Below are positions 48,685 through 48,801 of a stretch of 48,801 nucleotides of DNA, in pieces; the first letter of the stretch is position 1; every line of letters starts with the position of its first letter. The DNA comes from Promethearchaeota archaeon. Lineage in GTDB: Archaea > Asgardarchaeota > Lokiarchaeia > Sigyniarchaeales > SOKP01. Location of the stretch: positions 1 through 48,801 of the forward strand of contig JAHPZE010000031.1 of assembly GCA_019058365.1 (NCBI GenBank). Reading direction: 5' to 3'. A program made the position numbers and the translations under genes. The notes beneath the pieces are model-generated. The model did no database searches and was not told the origin of the DNA. It was given only the letters and a program-made list of their open reading frames with translations.

Positions 48685-48801
48685 AATTTGATTATATCAA
48701 ATTCTTTCTTAATTAGAGTAACTATCTATTTTTTATTTATAACAAAATAGAATATGATCATATTAATTTAGCTTGATAATTAAAGCGTTCGATTGTATGC
48801 G

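Noticed and set aside
1-48801. CRISPR array, rRNA/tRNA, transposase or prophage
   Set aside because: No regular repeat-spacer pattern, no GC-rich structural RNA island and no mobile-element protein motif seen

Overview
AT-rich, gene-dense archaeal chromosomal segment, most consistent with a Lokiarchaeia-type Asgard archaeon. This is inferred from two Rab-like small GTPases without prenylation tails, an archaeal-type 2-oxoacid:ferredoxin oxidoreductase, a TrmB-type regulator and very low GC. I found no rRNA, tRNA, CRISPR array or transposase. Layout: (1) 0.2-7 kb: two Rab-like GTPases, 4-hydroxybutyryl-CoA dehydratase, a TrmB-like regulator, a possible tandem longin-fold protein and a HEAT protein. 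(2) 10.8-35 kb: a large glycoside/glycolipid catabolic island. It carries GH20, two EGCrP-like GH5, KdgK, BKACE, SCP2, a sugar isomerase, a GPH transporter and GH172. Inside it a NIPA-like transporter/PIG-L/M24/Gfo-Idh-MocA cassette occurs twice in near-mirror arrangement. (3) 35-42.6 kb: lipid-related hydrolases and oxidoreductases, with a FadR-box-like palindrome. (4) 42.8-46.1 kb: a por operon with a gamma-delta fusion and a circularly permuted beta subunit that is split inside the TPP-binding motif. (5) Right end: an M28 peptidase, an eIF2B-like gene remnant and a nonsense-disrupted prenyltransferase-repeat gene. At least three genes appear to initiate at ATT/ATA codons. All calls come from motif recognition by eye; no database searches were run.
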